Shown here one piece after another: positions 27,726-39,047 of a DNA stretch of 64,000 bases. The stretch comes from Octopus vulgaris (lineage: Eukaryota). The stretch's first letter is position 1. Every line of letters starts with the position of its first letter. The notes below the pieces were generated by a model. That model did not search any database. It was not told the origin of the DNA and saw only the letters and a list, made by a program, of their open reading frames with translations. The translations under genes and the position numbers were made by a program. The stretch is taken from the NCBI GenBank assembly GCA_951406725.2, contig OX597816.1, positions 112,654,001 to 112,718,000 of the forward strand, read 5' to 3'.

Positions 27726-27788
27726 TTGTTGAATGTCCCACCCAATAATAAATTCTTGTTGAATGTCCCACCCATAATAAATTCTTGT
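27726..27788. repeat. 30-bp tandem duplication
   Basis: ttgttgaatgtcccaccc(a)ataataaattc x2. Confidence 0.9.
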
Positions 27789-27814
27789 ATATTCCATCTT
27801 CTGTCTTTCATTTG

Positions 27815-27851
<37 letters not shown>

Positions 27852-27874
27852 ATATATACATCATAGTCATGGCC

Positions 27875-28078
27875 ATTACCGGTGTCATATAAATGGCATC
27901 CATACCATTGGCACATAAGAACAACAATTAACTCTCAGAGTGGTTAGTGTTAGGAAGGGCATCCAGCTGGAGAAACCATGCCAAAGTCAGATTGGATCCT
28001 GGTGCCGCTCTCCAGTTTACCAGTTCCAGTCAAACCATCTAGCCCATGATGGCATGGGCTGGATGCTAAATGAAGACG
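27875..28078 (+). mobile_element. Family D retro-fragment
   Basis: gagtggttagtgttaggaagggcatccagctg. Confidence 0.75.
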
Positions 28079-28101
28079 GTATATATATATATATATATAT
28101 A

Positions 28102-28500
28102 AGTGCAGGAGTGGCTGTGTGGTAAGTAGCTTGCTTACCAACTACATGGTTCTGGGTTCATTCCCACTGCGTGGTACCTTGGGCAAGTGTCTTCTATGAT
28201 AGCCTTGGGCTGACCGAAGTCTTGCGAGTGGATTTGGTAGACGCAAACTGAAAGAAGCCCATATATATATATATTTGCGTATATGTTTGTAGGTCTGTGT
28301 TTGCCCCCCTCACCACCATCACTTGACAACTGATGGTGGTGTGTTTACGTCCCCGTAACTTAGCGGTTTGGCAAAAGAGACTGATAGAATAAGTACTAGG
28401 CTTCCAAAGAATGAGTCCTGGGGTCGATTTGCTCAACTAAAAGGCGGTGCTCCAGCATGGCCGCAGTCAAATGACTGAAACAAGTAAAAAAGTAAAGAGT
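28102..28500 (+). mobile_element. tRNA-derived SINE family B, full length (reference copy)
   Basis: A box tggctgtgtgg, B box ggttcattccc, CORE-like ccttgggcaagt, internal (TA)/(TG) linker, tail ending aagtaaaaaagtaaagagt; flanked by TA tracts. Confidence 0.92.
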
Positions 28501-29899
28501 ATATATATATATATATATATATATAGTATTACCTAACTGATGTATGATGAAGAATTAAAGTCACTTAGATTTTTCTATGATACTCGTAATGTATTAAATC
28601 TTCAGTTCAACGGACAAACATGTCTGTAAAATGAACTGTGAGTATATACTTCTCTATTGAAAGAATGAAAGCATTTATATGGAAGTATAGTGAAAGTGTT
28701 TACATTATGCATTAGGTCTTTTGTACTGAAGGTTGTCTACAATAATGCCAAAACACAGCTGTTTACAAGTTGCGCAAGTCTTTTTTTATAAGTCTACTTA
28801 CATTACAGATTATATTGATTAATGTCCAATTAAATACAGCAAAATTTTGCTCAGATTTGGTGATAGGAAGTAGTCAGAAAATAAAATGTAAAATTGGCAT
28901 TGATTGCAATAAAGAATTTTTTGCCTTTTTTTAGTTTTATCTAAACAAATTCATAAGGTAAATAGATATGTATAAATACAATACCAATACAATCTTTGTC
29001 CCATGAAAATGCATATAAAATACTGGATGGGGTTTTTAAAAATGGGTTTTTTCATTTACTGAAAATTTTAAATGCTGTGTTTTAATTTATTAAGAATCTG
29101 ATATATAAATGGTTTAAAAAGTTATTGAAAAAATGTTGTTTTTTATCAATAACTTCAATAATGTTGTCATTACAGCAGGTACACTTTTAGAACCTATACT
29201 AGTAAAATTCAAATGTCACTTTCAAATTTACTTCCTATTTTGTTTAGAATAAATGAATATTTTCAGTGTATTTTAGACAGTAATTATAATAACTCTGACT
29301 AAGCAATTCTTTTTCCTATACATCATGATACCAAAGAAAATTCAATGCACATTGTATACAAAAGATAGCTTTCCCTGGATTCCATAGCCCATAATTAGTG
29401 GTGTGTATTATACAATAATTGTGTATTATATATATGAATAAAAACAGTAGATAACGGAAGATCATTCAAGTAGATGTAAAGTTTTAAAAAATGGCACAAA
29501 TATGCTTCTTTTTTATTTTCCTGCAAACTTTTTTCAACTAGCAAGCTATCCAGTTGCAAACTTCTATTAGTGTTTGAACACAGAAAGCATTTATGAAATA
29601 GAAAACATATCACACCATATGATGTGACAGTTCAGAAGTTTTAAAAATATAGATTTCAATAAATTTAGATTGAAGGTCTGAAAATAAATATCATGTTGGT
29701 AATTATAGGATGGAAAATGAAATGAAAAAGATATGATGTTTATGTTATCACATTATTGTTTTTACTTGTTTAAGAGCTGTTCAAAATAAGCAACTATTAC
29801 AATTTTTGTTGATTTTTATGAAAAAGAATACAAAATATAATTATAGCTGCTCTCCTCTTTCACCATTTCCTCCTTATCATGATGATCAACATTTTAATA

Positions 29900-30350
29900 T
29901 CCATTTCCCTGGTATGCCTTTGTTTCAGAATTTCATCTGTGAGGTCCAGTGCTCTGCTATCTGATACACAGCACTTATTCAGCACACATATGCCACATAT
30001 CTGATACCAGCTTTTCTCAGCCCACGGTAATTTGAATTTCATGCTGGTTAATAGGACACATCTTGTGAATACTTCTCCTTCCATTTTCTTTCTGACCATG
30101 GCAGATCAACCACTGTCCATGTATTACTATTGCACATCATATTTCTTAAATATGCTTTACATACTCTGATTTTCATATGCAGGGAGAAACTTTCTCTTCT
30201 CAATCAAGATTGTTCTGTAAGCAGTACTCTTGGTAATGAATCAACCAGGCACACAAACCACTTTACATCTAATTTCATTCTGCAAATGCAAAAAATAATA
30301 CTGCTTGACCTCTTTGTCTTATTAAAAGCTGCCATATAACCAGCTCATCT
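29900..30350 (-). mobile_element. Decayed RTE-like LINE 3' fragment
   Basis: Faint W.GH..R-like segment (cagtggttgatctgccatggtcaga on minus) and similarity in layout to 31075-31590. Confidence 0.35.
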
Positions 30351-30529
30351 GCCTTGAGCATAAATTCTCTGGTCACTATGACCCAACAAATTAAGCAGAT
30401 TTAATAGTTCTCGTTATTCATGAGCTCGTGGCTGAAACCTATCCTGATCAATCTGGTGATCTTATCTTCCTCTGTTGTTATCTCCCCTAACCTTTGGAAA
30501 CATCTTAAAATAGTTAACTGTATATGGTT

Positions 30530-30700
30530 ACTTAATCTGTTAGAAATAGCAACCAAATATCCCTCAACTCACACCTACAATCGAATGTAAGAATGGAACA
30601 TTTTAGTTAAGGTCTTACTAGTCTCTAAAATGATGGGATGGGCAAGGTTGCAATGTCTTTTGCTTAATCAGGGTTGACCTGCAGCTAAACAATAACAATT
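30530..30700 (+). mobile_element. Repeat family F copy
   Basis: ctgttagaaatagcaaccaaatatccctcaactcacacc...cagggttgacctgcagctaaacaataac. Confidence 0.65.
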
Positions 30701-31074
30701 TTAAACATTGCAATAGAAATAAAGATTGTTATAAACAGTCACCTTTTTAAGCCTTCAGACTATTTTTCTCCTCATTGACCTTCAGTATGGAGGTCACTCA
30801 GGAGAACCTTATCTATTGGAGATTTACCATTATACATAATTATCTTGAGAAGTTTGACAAAAGCACTGCTACTACTCTTAAAATAAACAAATTCATTGAT
30901 CATTTCCAGTAAAAGAGATGGCATTGAACATCCTAGAAATATTTGGATGTATTTTGCATCCTAGAAATATTTTGTTAATTCACTCTAATATAAAGTGTGT
31001 GAACCAGGCCTATTTAAATTCCTTGTGCAATAATTCTGGCATGCCTCGGTGTTCAGTTATTTTTTATCATATAC

Positions 31075-31590
31075 TTTCTTTCTTCTTTATGCCTTTAACC
31101 CTCCAACGTGGAGTATAGGCCACTCATAGTTGAATTCCATGTTGCATAATTTTTGGCTTCTGTACTAATACTCTGCCATGAATGTCCCCCTTTTTCTAGT
31201 TCCTTTTGTGTTGATCTCTGCCACGAGTTCTTCGGCCTACCTCTCCTTCTATATCCATCCAGTTTCCAGTGTAAAGCACTTTTCGCTACATTTGGTGTGT
31301 CTTTTCTGATTGTGCTACCAATACACTTCCACTTTTTCTTAAATAATTGCTCCCTAATCGAAACTTGATTTGTTCTTTGCCATAGCTCCATATTGCTTAT
31401 GTGTTCGGGCCATCTAATTCTAAGTATACTACGCAAGCATCTGTTGATGAATGATTGTATTTGCTTATTTGACTTAACTGTTGTTCACCATGTCTCAGCC
31501 CCATACAATAACACTGCTTTTATGTTAGTGTTAAAAATTCTTATTTCGTTCTTTATTGAAATTACACTTGCACTCCATACTACCTTCTCT
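31075..31590 (-). mobile_element. RTE-clade LINE 3' fragment
   Basis: KIRIFNTNIKAVLLYGAETW...RCLRSILRIRWP..ISN.ELW...RRRGRPKNSW; short gaa-type tail. Confidence 0.9.
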
Positions 31591-32529
31591 TTATTAATAA
31601 TCTACTGGATATTGTTATTTCCAACCAAACACAACGCCTATTTATTTTATAATACCATTTTCTCTTTGATAACTTTCTTCATGCAAGTATTACCCACAGT
31701 CAGCTTTTGCAGATACATTTTCTTTTGTTACCATTAAGCACATTTATTACACATGTAACAACTACTGATGATCTTTTGTAGAACCACATTTCTATAACAT
31801 TGCTAAAACTGGATTTCAAAGTTCGGGTGTGAGATCCAGTTTGTAGCTAAGAAAGATACTTCAGTACTGAAAATAATTAATAATTCTATTTGAAGGTGAA
31901 ACAGCACTCCACTTTAGGATATTACACATACGTACATTACCATGCACACACTCACACAAGAGATACTGACCACATCCAAAGAGACCAAATGCAAGGCCAT
32001 TAAACTGATAGGAAAGCAATAATATAGTCACTAGTATACTGAAATATATGCCACTCGCTCCTTCTGTTAAAACAACTCCTCTCTTGCTGGTCTGACAATT
32101 TGTACATCACTTAACTCAGCCCATTTTGTTATCTTTACTATTTCAGATGCCCAAATCTCTGCATCATACACTTTTCCCCTACTCTTATCCTTAGAATGGA
32201 ACTTTTTTAAATATTCTTCTGTAACTTTATGTTTCTCTATATTACTCTTTCACCCGTTCAGCATCCTGATACACTCCTCCCACTCCACCTTGCTGCATGC
32301 TTACACATAAGAAAAATGTAGTCTTATATATAATACAATTTACTGCATAATGCTAGCAAGATTGTTTTTATTAATTCAATTTTAGCATCCTAAAAATAAA
32401 TAAGAAACAAAACTAACTAGATGGTTTGGTGTTCAGTCCTACTGTGTGACTTCTTGTTGAAGTACCTTCTTTTTATAGTCCCAGGCCAACCAAAGTCTTG
32501 TGTGTGATTGTGTATATATATATATATCG

Positions 32530-32850
32530 GAATCTACATACCATGGACAAGAAGCATTTCTACCCATTCTTCACAGCACTTTCCTTTGGATAATGGAATT
32601 GCAACTGTAATATCCTATATATATTTTTACTTTTATTGTTAATCCCTTATTTCCCTTTATACTTCCTATATCCATCCTATGAACTCTATATTGAACTCTA
32701 CTATTTTCTTCTAGTTAACTCTCATATTGTCTCTGATGAAGGGATATCCTTAATATCCCAGAAACAGCTGCAAGACTACCTTTCTCTTTATAAATGTCCT
32801 ATAAATTCTACATAGCCTTGGTATTGTTGTTTCATCTTATTTCTAAGCTT
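32530..32850 (+). mobile_element. Penelope-like element terminal-repeat remnant (inferred from ribozyme)
   Basis: Pyrimidine-rich block inserted after a TA tract and carrying a minimal hammerhead; no ORF seen. Confidence 0.5.
32729..32776 (+). ncRNA. Minimal type I hammerhead ribozyme, probably inactivated
   Basis: gtct-CTGATGA-a-gggatat-cctta-atatccc-a-GAAA-cagctg-ca-agac: stem I gtct/agac, 7-bp stem II, palindromic helix III; cleavage triplet GCA instead of GUH. Confidence 0.8.
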
Positions 32851-33040
32851 GCATAGAAGCCTCTCTAGCCAGGGAAGATATTACTTTGATCAGAGAGAGA
32901 TAAGGGTTGGTGATTAGAAGATCCTCTGACTGTAGAAAATCTGCCACAATGAATTCTGTTTGACCCATACAAGTATGAAAAAGAAGACATTAAGAGAATG
33001 ATGATGAGTCCCCAAATTTTGAACTTAAAATGTAAAGTAA

Positions 33041-33194
33041 CAGGTGTGGCTGTGCGGTAAGAAGCTTGCTTCCCAACCACATAGTTCTGGGTTCAGTCCC
33101 ACTGCGTGGCACCTTGAGTGAGTGTCTTCTACTATAGCCTCAGGCTAACCAAAGCCGTGTAAGTGGATTTGGTAGACAGAAACTGAAACAAGAC
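33041..33194 (+). mobile_element. SINE B head (left arm of inverted pair)
   Basis: caggtgtggctgtgcggtaagaagcttgc...ggtagacagaaactgaaa. Confidence 0.9.
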
Positions 33195-33351
33195 AGGCTT
33201 CTTTCAGTTTCTGTCTACCAAATCCACTCACAAGGCTTTGGTCAGCCTTAGACTATAATAGAAGACCTTGCCCAGTGTGCCACGCAGTAGGACTGAACCT
33301 AGAATCATGTGGCTGGGAAGCAAGCTTCTTACCACAGAGCCACCCCTGTGC
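33195..33351 (-). mobile_element. SINE B head (right arm of inverted pair)
   Basis: tttcagtttctgtctaccaaatccac...gcaagcttcttaccacagagccacccctg. Confidence 0.9.
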
Positions 33352-34076
33352 CTAATATATACATACGCAGATGCATACATGTAAACATATATTGAGAGAG
33401 CAAGAGAGAGATGACTTCCACCATCAAAGACACTTTTAGCCATTCAAAAGCACACAAAACCATTTAACCTCATTTTATCATTTAGACAATAAATAATAAA
33501 TGATGAAGTTTAGTTTTTGTGGTTTTTTAATGGCTATTATGGGTGTTCCAGGCTGTAATTACTTTAGTTTCAATACTTGGTCACAAATCAAATCACTGAC
33601 CAAACAAGTACAACTCCAATATGTATGATCGATATGTTTTATTTTGTTTATTATTGAGACATCTGATGAGAATATATTGGAGAAGTGTTTCCTATGGCTA
33701 GATGCCTTTCCTGACACCAACCCACACTCCAAGAATAATTACACATAGAACTGGAAGCAAAAGACGGTTAAATGAGCATTTTGTTTACAAAGCTAATGCA
33801 ATATGTCAAGACATGTAAAGGATCCCAGACATGCACTTGTGGTGGCCAGCACACAAATGACATCATTTGCTTGTGCAAGGCTATTGCTTACAATTAACAA
33901 ACACATGTGAATATGAAGAAAAATACAAACTCAAACATACATGTATACATACATGCATGCATACATACATGCATACAGACATGCAAACATACATACATGC
34001 ATGCATACATATATATATGCACACATACAAACAAACATGCATATTTGTATATGAATGTATAGTTATACACAGATAT

Positions 34077-34329
34077 AAAATAATAAATGCACCCTTTTAA
34101 AGCCTAGCCAGGCTCATGGGCCCGGTTTTCCGGTTTCTATGGCATATGTATTTCCTCAGCTGGATGGGATGCCAATCCATCGCAGCATTACTCATTTTTG
34201 CCAGCTGAGTGGACTGGAGCAACATGAAATGAAATGTTTTGCTCAAGAACACAATGCGTCTCCCGGTCCAGAAATCAAAACCACAATCTTACGATCATGA
34301 TGCTGACACACTAAGCCACGCACCTCCAC
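34077..34329 (-). mobile_element. SINE family A, full length
   Basis: Reverse complement of the 3846 copy; perfect 13-bp TSD tatacacagatat at 34064-34076 and 34330-34342. Confidence 0.93.
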
Positions 34330-34338
34330 TATACACAG

Positions 34339-34339
<1 letters not shown>

Positions 34340-34369
<30 letters not shown>

Positions 34370-34560
34370 CGTATGTACGTATGTACGTATGTATGTACGT
34401 ACGTACGTCCGTCCGTCCAGTTTCCATCTACCAAATCCATTCACAAGGCTTTTGATTAGCCTAGGGCCATAATAGAAGACAGACACAATATGCCATGCAC
34501 TGAGACTGAATCCAAACCCTGTTGATTGAGAACTAAACTTCTTCTTAAGATCATGCCTGC
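34340..34560 (-). mobile_element. (TATG/TACG)n linker plus SINE B head
   Basis: Tetranucleotide tract running into cagtttccatctaccaaatcc. Confidence 0.7.
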
Positions 34561-34999
34561 ACTTATGTAATAGATATAGTGAATAAATGTATACATAAAA
34601 CTGTTGTGTTGTTAGCATTCCATGACTCTCTAGAAGTTTTAACATGAAATAGCTACTGTTAAAAATGTATTCAGTAAAATACTATTATTTATTCTTGCTG
34701 CAGCTATTTCCTGTTTCTAAAAGCTATTTTATTGTGTTTTGTTTTGTCTATTACATATCAGTAAAACTGGAATTGCTAGATTTATCTTATGTAATGCATC
34801 TTGCATGTGCAATTATAAACCTACAAAGGAATAATAAAATGTTTATCTTAGTAAAAACTGTTTGTTGGGGTACTTACTACCAATCATAAAAAATGCCAGA
34901 ATGTAAGGTGAAAGGTATCGATCACATTAGCTAATCAGCATCGGTGATTAGATGTAATAAGCCAGGTGAAAGTAACCATGTATCCCTGAATGAAGAAGA

Positions 35000-35320
35000 G
35001 CTTCAATACATGGTCACTCATACTGGTTGAAATAGCAGCCAGACTTCACTAAATTAGTGAAAGAGTCTCTACATATTGACTTAGTCTGTTAGAAATAGGA
35101 ACCAAATCTTCAAAGTGATGAGGGATCCTCAACATACTCAGTTGACCTGTAAGAAATAAAAGTCAAGCTTCCATCAAATCACACTCTAATATCATAAAAA
35201 TGGAAGGACGCATTTGATAATACCGTCCTGCATACCAGAGAAAAAGATGGTATAGTTACAGCCAGAATGGCTTTTGGCATAAATCTGCTCAAAGTAAGCC
35301 AACCTGGGATTAAACAGTAA
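35000..35320 (+). mobile_element. Repeat family F with triplicated 5' motif
   Basis: gaaatagcagccagact / gaaataggaaccaaatc / gaaataaaagtcaagct in tandem before the body. Confidence 0.55.
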
Positions 35321-35694
35321 CCAGAGTATAAATATGAATTAGAAAAATTTGCATTAACTGAGAATCATAAGCATAAACTGTCTGCAAATGATCTAAATGA
35401 TCTTGTCTTTTTTATGCCTGAGCTTGTATACAATATTCCTATAATGTTTGTTTATATATATTATCAGCACTATTATTATCTGTCATTTATTTCATTGTAA
35501 ATGCAATTTGTGAATAATAGAAGCTTTGGTTGTTACAGGTTCAGATAGGCAGTCACTAGTTCACTGCATTCAAGAGATAACGAGAACACAGGGGATTGAC
35601 TGTAGCTCAGTGTAAATTAGCTATTAAGAAAGACACTTTTTGTTCTTTAAAAGCACTGGTTTTCTAGTTTTCTCACAGATATAAAAGCAAAGTT

Positions 35695-35950
35695 GAGGCA
35701 TGTGGCTTAGTGGTTAGGGTGTCAGCATCATGATCGTAAGATTGTGATTTCGATTCCTGGACTGGGCAATGCGTTGTATTCTTGAGCAAAACACTTCATT
35801 TCATGTTGCTCCATTCCACTCAGCTGGCAAAAATGAGTAACGCTGTGATGGACTGGTGTCCCATCCAGCTGGTGAACACATACGCCACTGAAACTGGGAA
35901 ACCGGGCCCATGAGCCTGGCTAGGCTTTAAAAGGGCACATTTATTATATT
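35695..35950 (+). mobile_element. SINE family A, full length
   Basis: Matches the 3846 copy; imperfect TSD tataaaagcaaagt/tataagagcaaaagt. Confidence 0.92.
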
Positions 35951-36439
35951 TTATAAGAGCAAAAGTAATACTCACACATGTGTACATATGTGTATACATA
36001 CACAGAGATATTTCACATTGTTTCCATTTCCCAAATCCTGTTTCAGAAGTATTGGTTTATCTGTGCTTATGATAAAACATTTGTCCAAGATGCTCCATCA
36101 TGAGATTGAACTAGGAACAATAGCTATTCCTACACCCTAACAAATAAATTTCTACTGGGAGTTTTAAGTTGATTCATCAAGCAAAAGATGTTACTAAGGG
36201 TAGTGACTTGGCTAGTGTAACATAGTTTGAATGAATAGGTTTTAGTTTAGTTTGTAATGGATGTAAACCCTACAATGATGGCCAAATTCTTAACAAGCCA
36301 ACACAAATTTAAAGTAGATATTTAGTTTTGAACAAATTCTGTTCAGCTTTGTTTATCTTTGTTTTTTTTTCTTATAAATAAGTGAAAATGTTTACCATTA
36401 AAATGGAAATAATTATCAATTCTATCTTGTGCTTAAAGC

Positions 36440-36440
<1 letters not shown>

Positions 36441-36475
<35 letters not shown>

Positions 36476-36700
36476 AATAATGATAATAATAATATTGATT
36501 TTCATTTATACAGTACTTAAGTGCACTACAACTCATCAGAAAATAGTAAAAGATAGGGTAGAAAGCAGCAGCAGTAAGTAAAGTATGGTAGTAATGAAAA
36601 TCAAAAATGTGTGGAGAGTTCACAGAATAAACCACAGAAGAGACAGCAAAGTGAACTATAAAAGAACCTTTAAGAGGAAAGGGTACATAGGTGTACATAG
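36441..36700 (-). mobile_element. CR1 LINE 3' UTR with (ATT)n tail
   Basis: acagtacttaagtgcactacaactc is the reverse complement of the 3' end at 10205-10235. Confidence 0.8.
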
Positions 36701-37494
36701 TTGTTGAAAAGATGGTGGATAATCTCGTGAGTTTTTACCAAGTCATATGCTAGATGTGGGAATTTTGTGTTGGTTAATGTAGAGAAGGGATCTTATTCTG
36801 TTCTATATCATGAACTTGGTTGACAATGTGAAATAGGGCTGCAAGAAATATGGCCTATGGAAATGTTTAAACCATGTTTGAATTATATAAATTTAGTTCC
36901 AGAATAAGTAATATGGTTGAAACTTGTAAAACAGTTTTGCAAACAATCTGTGCAAACAAATTGTAGTCATTTTGTCACAAAGAAACCAATTTATCAAAAT
37001 ATAATAAAACTGAAATTACATTTTTCCCAGTGGTTTGTGATGTGAAAAGTAGATCATTTAAAACAAGCGTCTTTGGTGACTGTTAAAAATTCCAGGAAGA
37101 TAAGTGCAAGTTTAAAAACAGAAATAGTACCTTATTTAAATATATCTCGACAAAATGACAAAAATATCATTATTCATTATTCATTGGAGATGAATTTGAC
37201 ATTTACTTCATCTGAAATCATTTAGAATGTCTGACAATGTCACTTCAATTTGACAGAAATGTTTGTCTATGGCATTGCTTTAGTGATGTCTATGAAAGAA
37301 TTAGGAAATAGTTTACTCTACATCTAATTTAATTTTTCCATTATAGGATGGCAATAGTGGCTGAAGAATAATTAAAGTACAAGGTCACTAACCAAATATT
37401 TTAGGTGATTTTTGTAATTTTGAATGAATTATTGCATTCTAACAGCAATGGCAACAGGAAATATTTTCAATATGGTTTGAAATCATAGTCATGG

Positions 37495-37711
37495 CAGATA
37501 CTGGTACCATGCAACTAACACCCATACCGGTAGCACATAAAAGTACCCATTACTCTCTCAGAGTGGTTGGCAATAGGAAGGGCATCTAAGCATAGAAACT
37601 ATGCCAAATGAGACTGGTTTCTGGTGCAGCTCCCAGCTTACCAGCCTTGGTCAAATCGTCCAACCCAAGCAAGCATGGACAATGAACATTAAATGATAAT
37701 GATGATGATGA
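37495..37711 (+). mobile_element. Family D retro-fragment
   Basis: gagtggttggcaataggaagggcatc...ccaaccca...(gat)n. Confidence 0.85.
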
Positions 37712-38630
37712 TTAGTAGGTATATAATTAAAGAAATGCTAGGTAATGATTGTGGATAAGACACATTACTCACCTTGCTTTAGACTATTGGTTGAGTTTAA
37801 AAAGGTGAGTGATGATAAAACAAAGGCAGTGAAGAATTGTAAAGCACCCACCCAAAATGTTACATTGCAGTGCACTTTTCCAAAAACTCTTTCTTTTTAT
37901 CGGTTTTCCAGTAACTGAAAGGGGAAAAAATTACATTCTTTTCTAGACCATTGTCTATAAAGATACCTCATTCTAAATTACAAAGTATCATCTGAAATAT
38001 TTTGAGGTTATATGTTCATATATCTACTTACAATATATCCAAATGGCTAAACAGTACACAAATAAACAAAGAATAAACTATTTTAGTCGCACTTCAAATT
38101 GTATATAATCTTTGTATAAAATCTTCATCGAATCTATGTTAAAGTGAGATTAATTTACCTCCTTAAAAAAAACAAAGATATATTCAACCTGTTTCATAAT
38201 TTGCTTAAATGGTAAACGTAACTACAATTAATACGTAATCTGTTTTAAATTTTGATAGAGTAAACAAACAAGAAAATGCCAGTTAATGATAAATTATTTG
38301 ATGAAAGAAGTTGGTTACTTTATTAGTTCTATATTGAATATTTTCTTAAAAGGTAAATAAAACATTGGAAAATTATGTTCTTAAAAGTTCACAAAGTGAT
38401 GGTGAAAGAATTAGTGCAGCTGTAACATGAATGTTCTTTTCTTAACCACTCCAGCATAGCTTGTTGAGAGAGGGAGAGAGCATGTGTATGTGTATGAATG
38501 TTAGTTATTAAAAAAATAAAAGAGCCAAATGCTTACTCTGATAGTTGTTTTGTCTGTCATGTGAATTGCTTTTTATTTGATATCATTTAACACTTCTATC
38601 ACTCTAGTCAGAAGCTTAGATTTTTGCATA

Positions 38631-39047
38631 AGGTGGTGAGCTGGCAGAATTGTTAGCACGCTGGACGAAATGCTTAGCGGTATTTCGTCTGCCGTTAAGT
38701 TCTGAGTTCAAATTCCGCCGAGGTATACTTTGCCTTTCATCCTTTTGGGGTCGATTAAATAAGTACCAGTTACGCACTGGGGTCGATATAATCGACTTAA
38801 TCCATTTGTCTGTCCTTGTTTGTCCTCTCTGTGTTTAGTCCCTTGTGGGTAATAAAGAAATAGGTATTTCATCTGCTGTTATGTTCTTAGTTCAAATTCT
38901 GGTGAGGTCGGCTTTGCCTTTCATCCTTTTGGGGTCGATAAATTATGTACCAGTTATGCACTGGGGTTGATGTAATCGACTTAATCCCTTTGTCTGTCCT
39001 TGTTTGTCCCCTCTATGTTTAGCCCCTTGTGAGCAATAAAGAAATAA
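38631..39047 (+). mobile_element. tRNA-derived SINE family C, tandem dimer
   Basis: Full monomer about 38631-38861 (B box gagttcaaattcc) then a 5'-truncated second monomer from ggtatttc. Confidence 0.92.

Noticed and set aside
27726-27788. CRISPR-like repeat
   Set aside because: Two adjacent units without spacers in eukaryotic DNA; a simple tandem duplication
31802-31846. Hairpin aaactggatttca/tgagatccagttt as a miRNA
   Set aside because: Stem too short for a precursor; plausible by chance or LINE debris
31990-32300. Possible L2/CR1 3' remnant (also about 60100-60330)
   Set aside because: Too decayed to show diagnostic motifs with confidence
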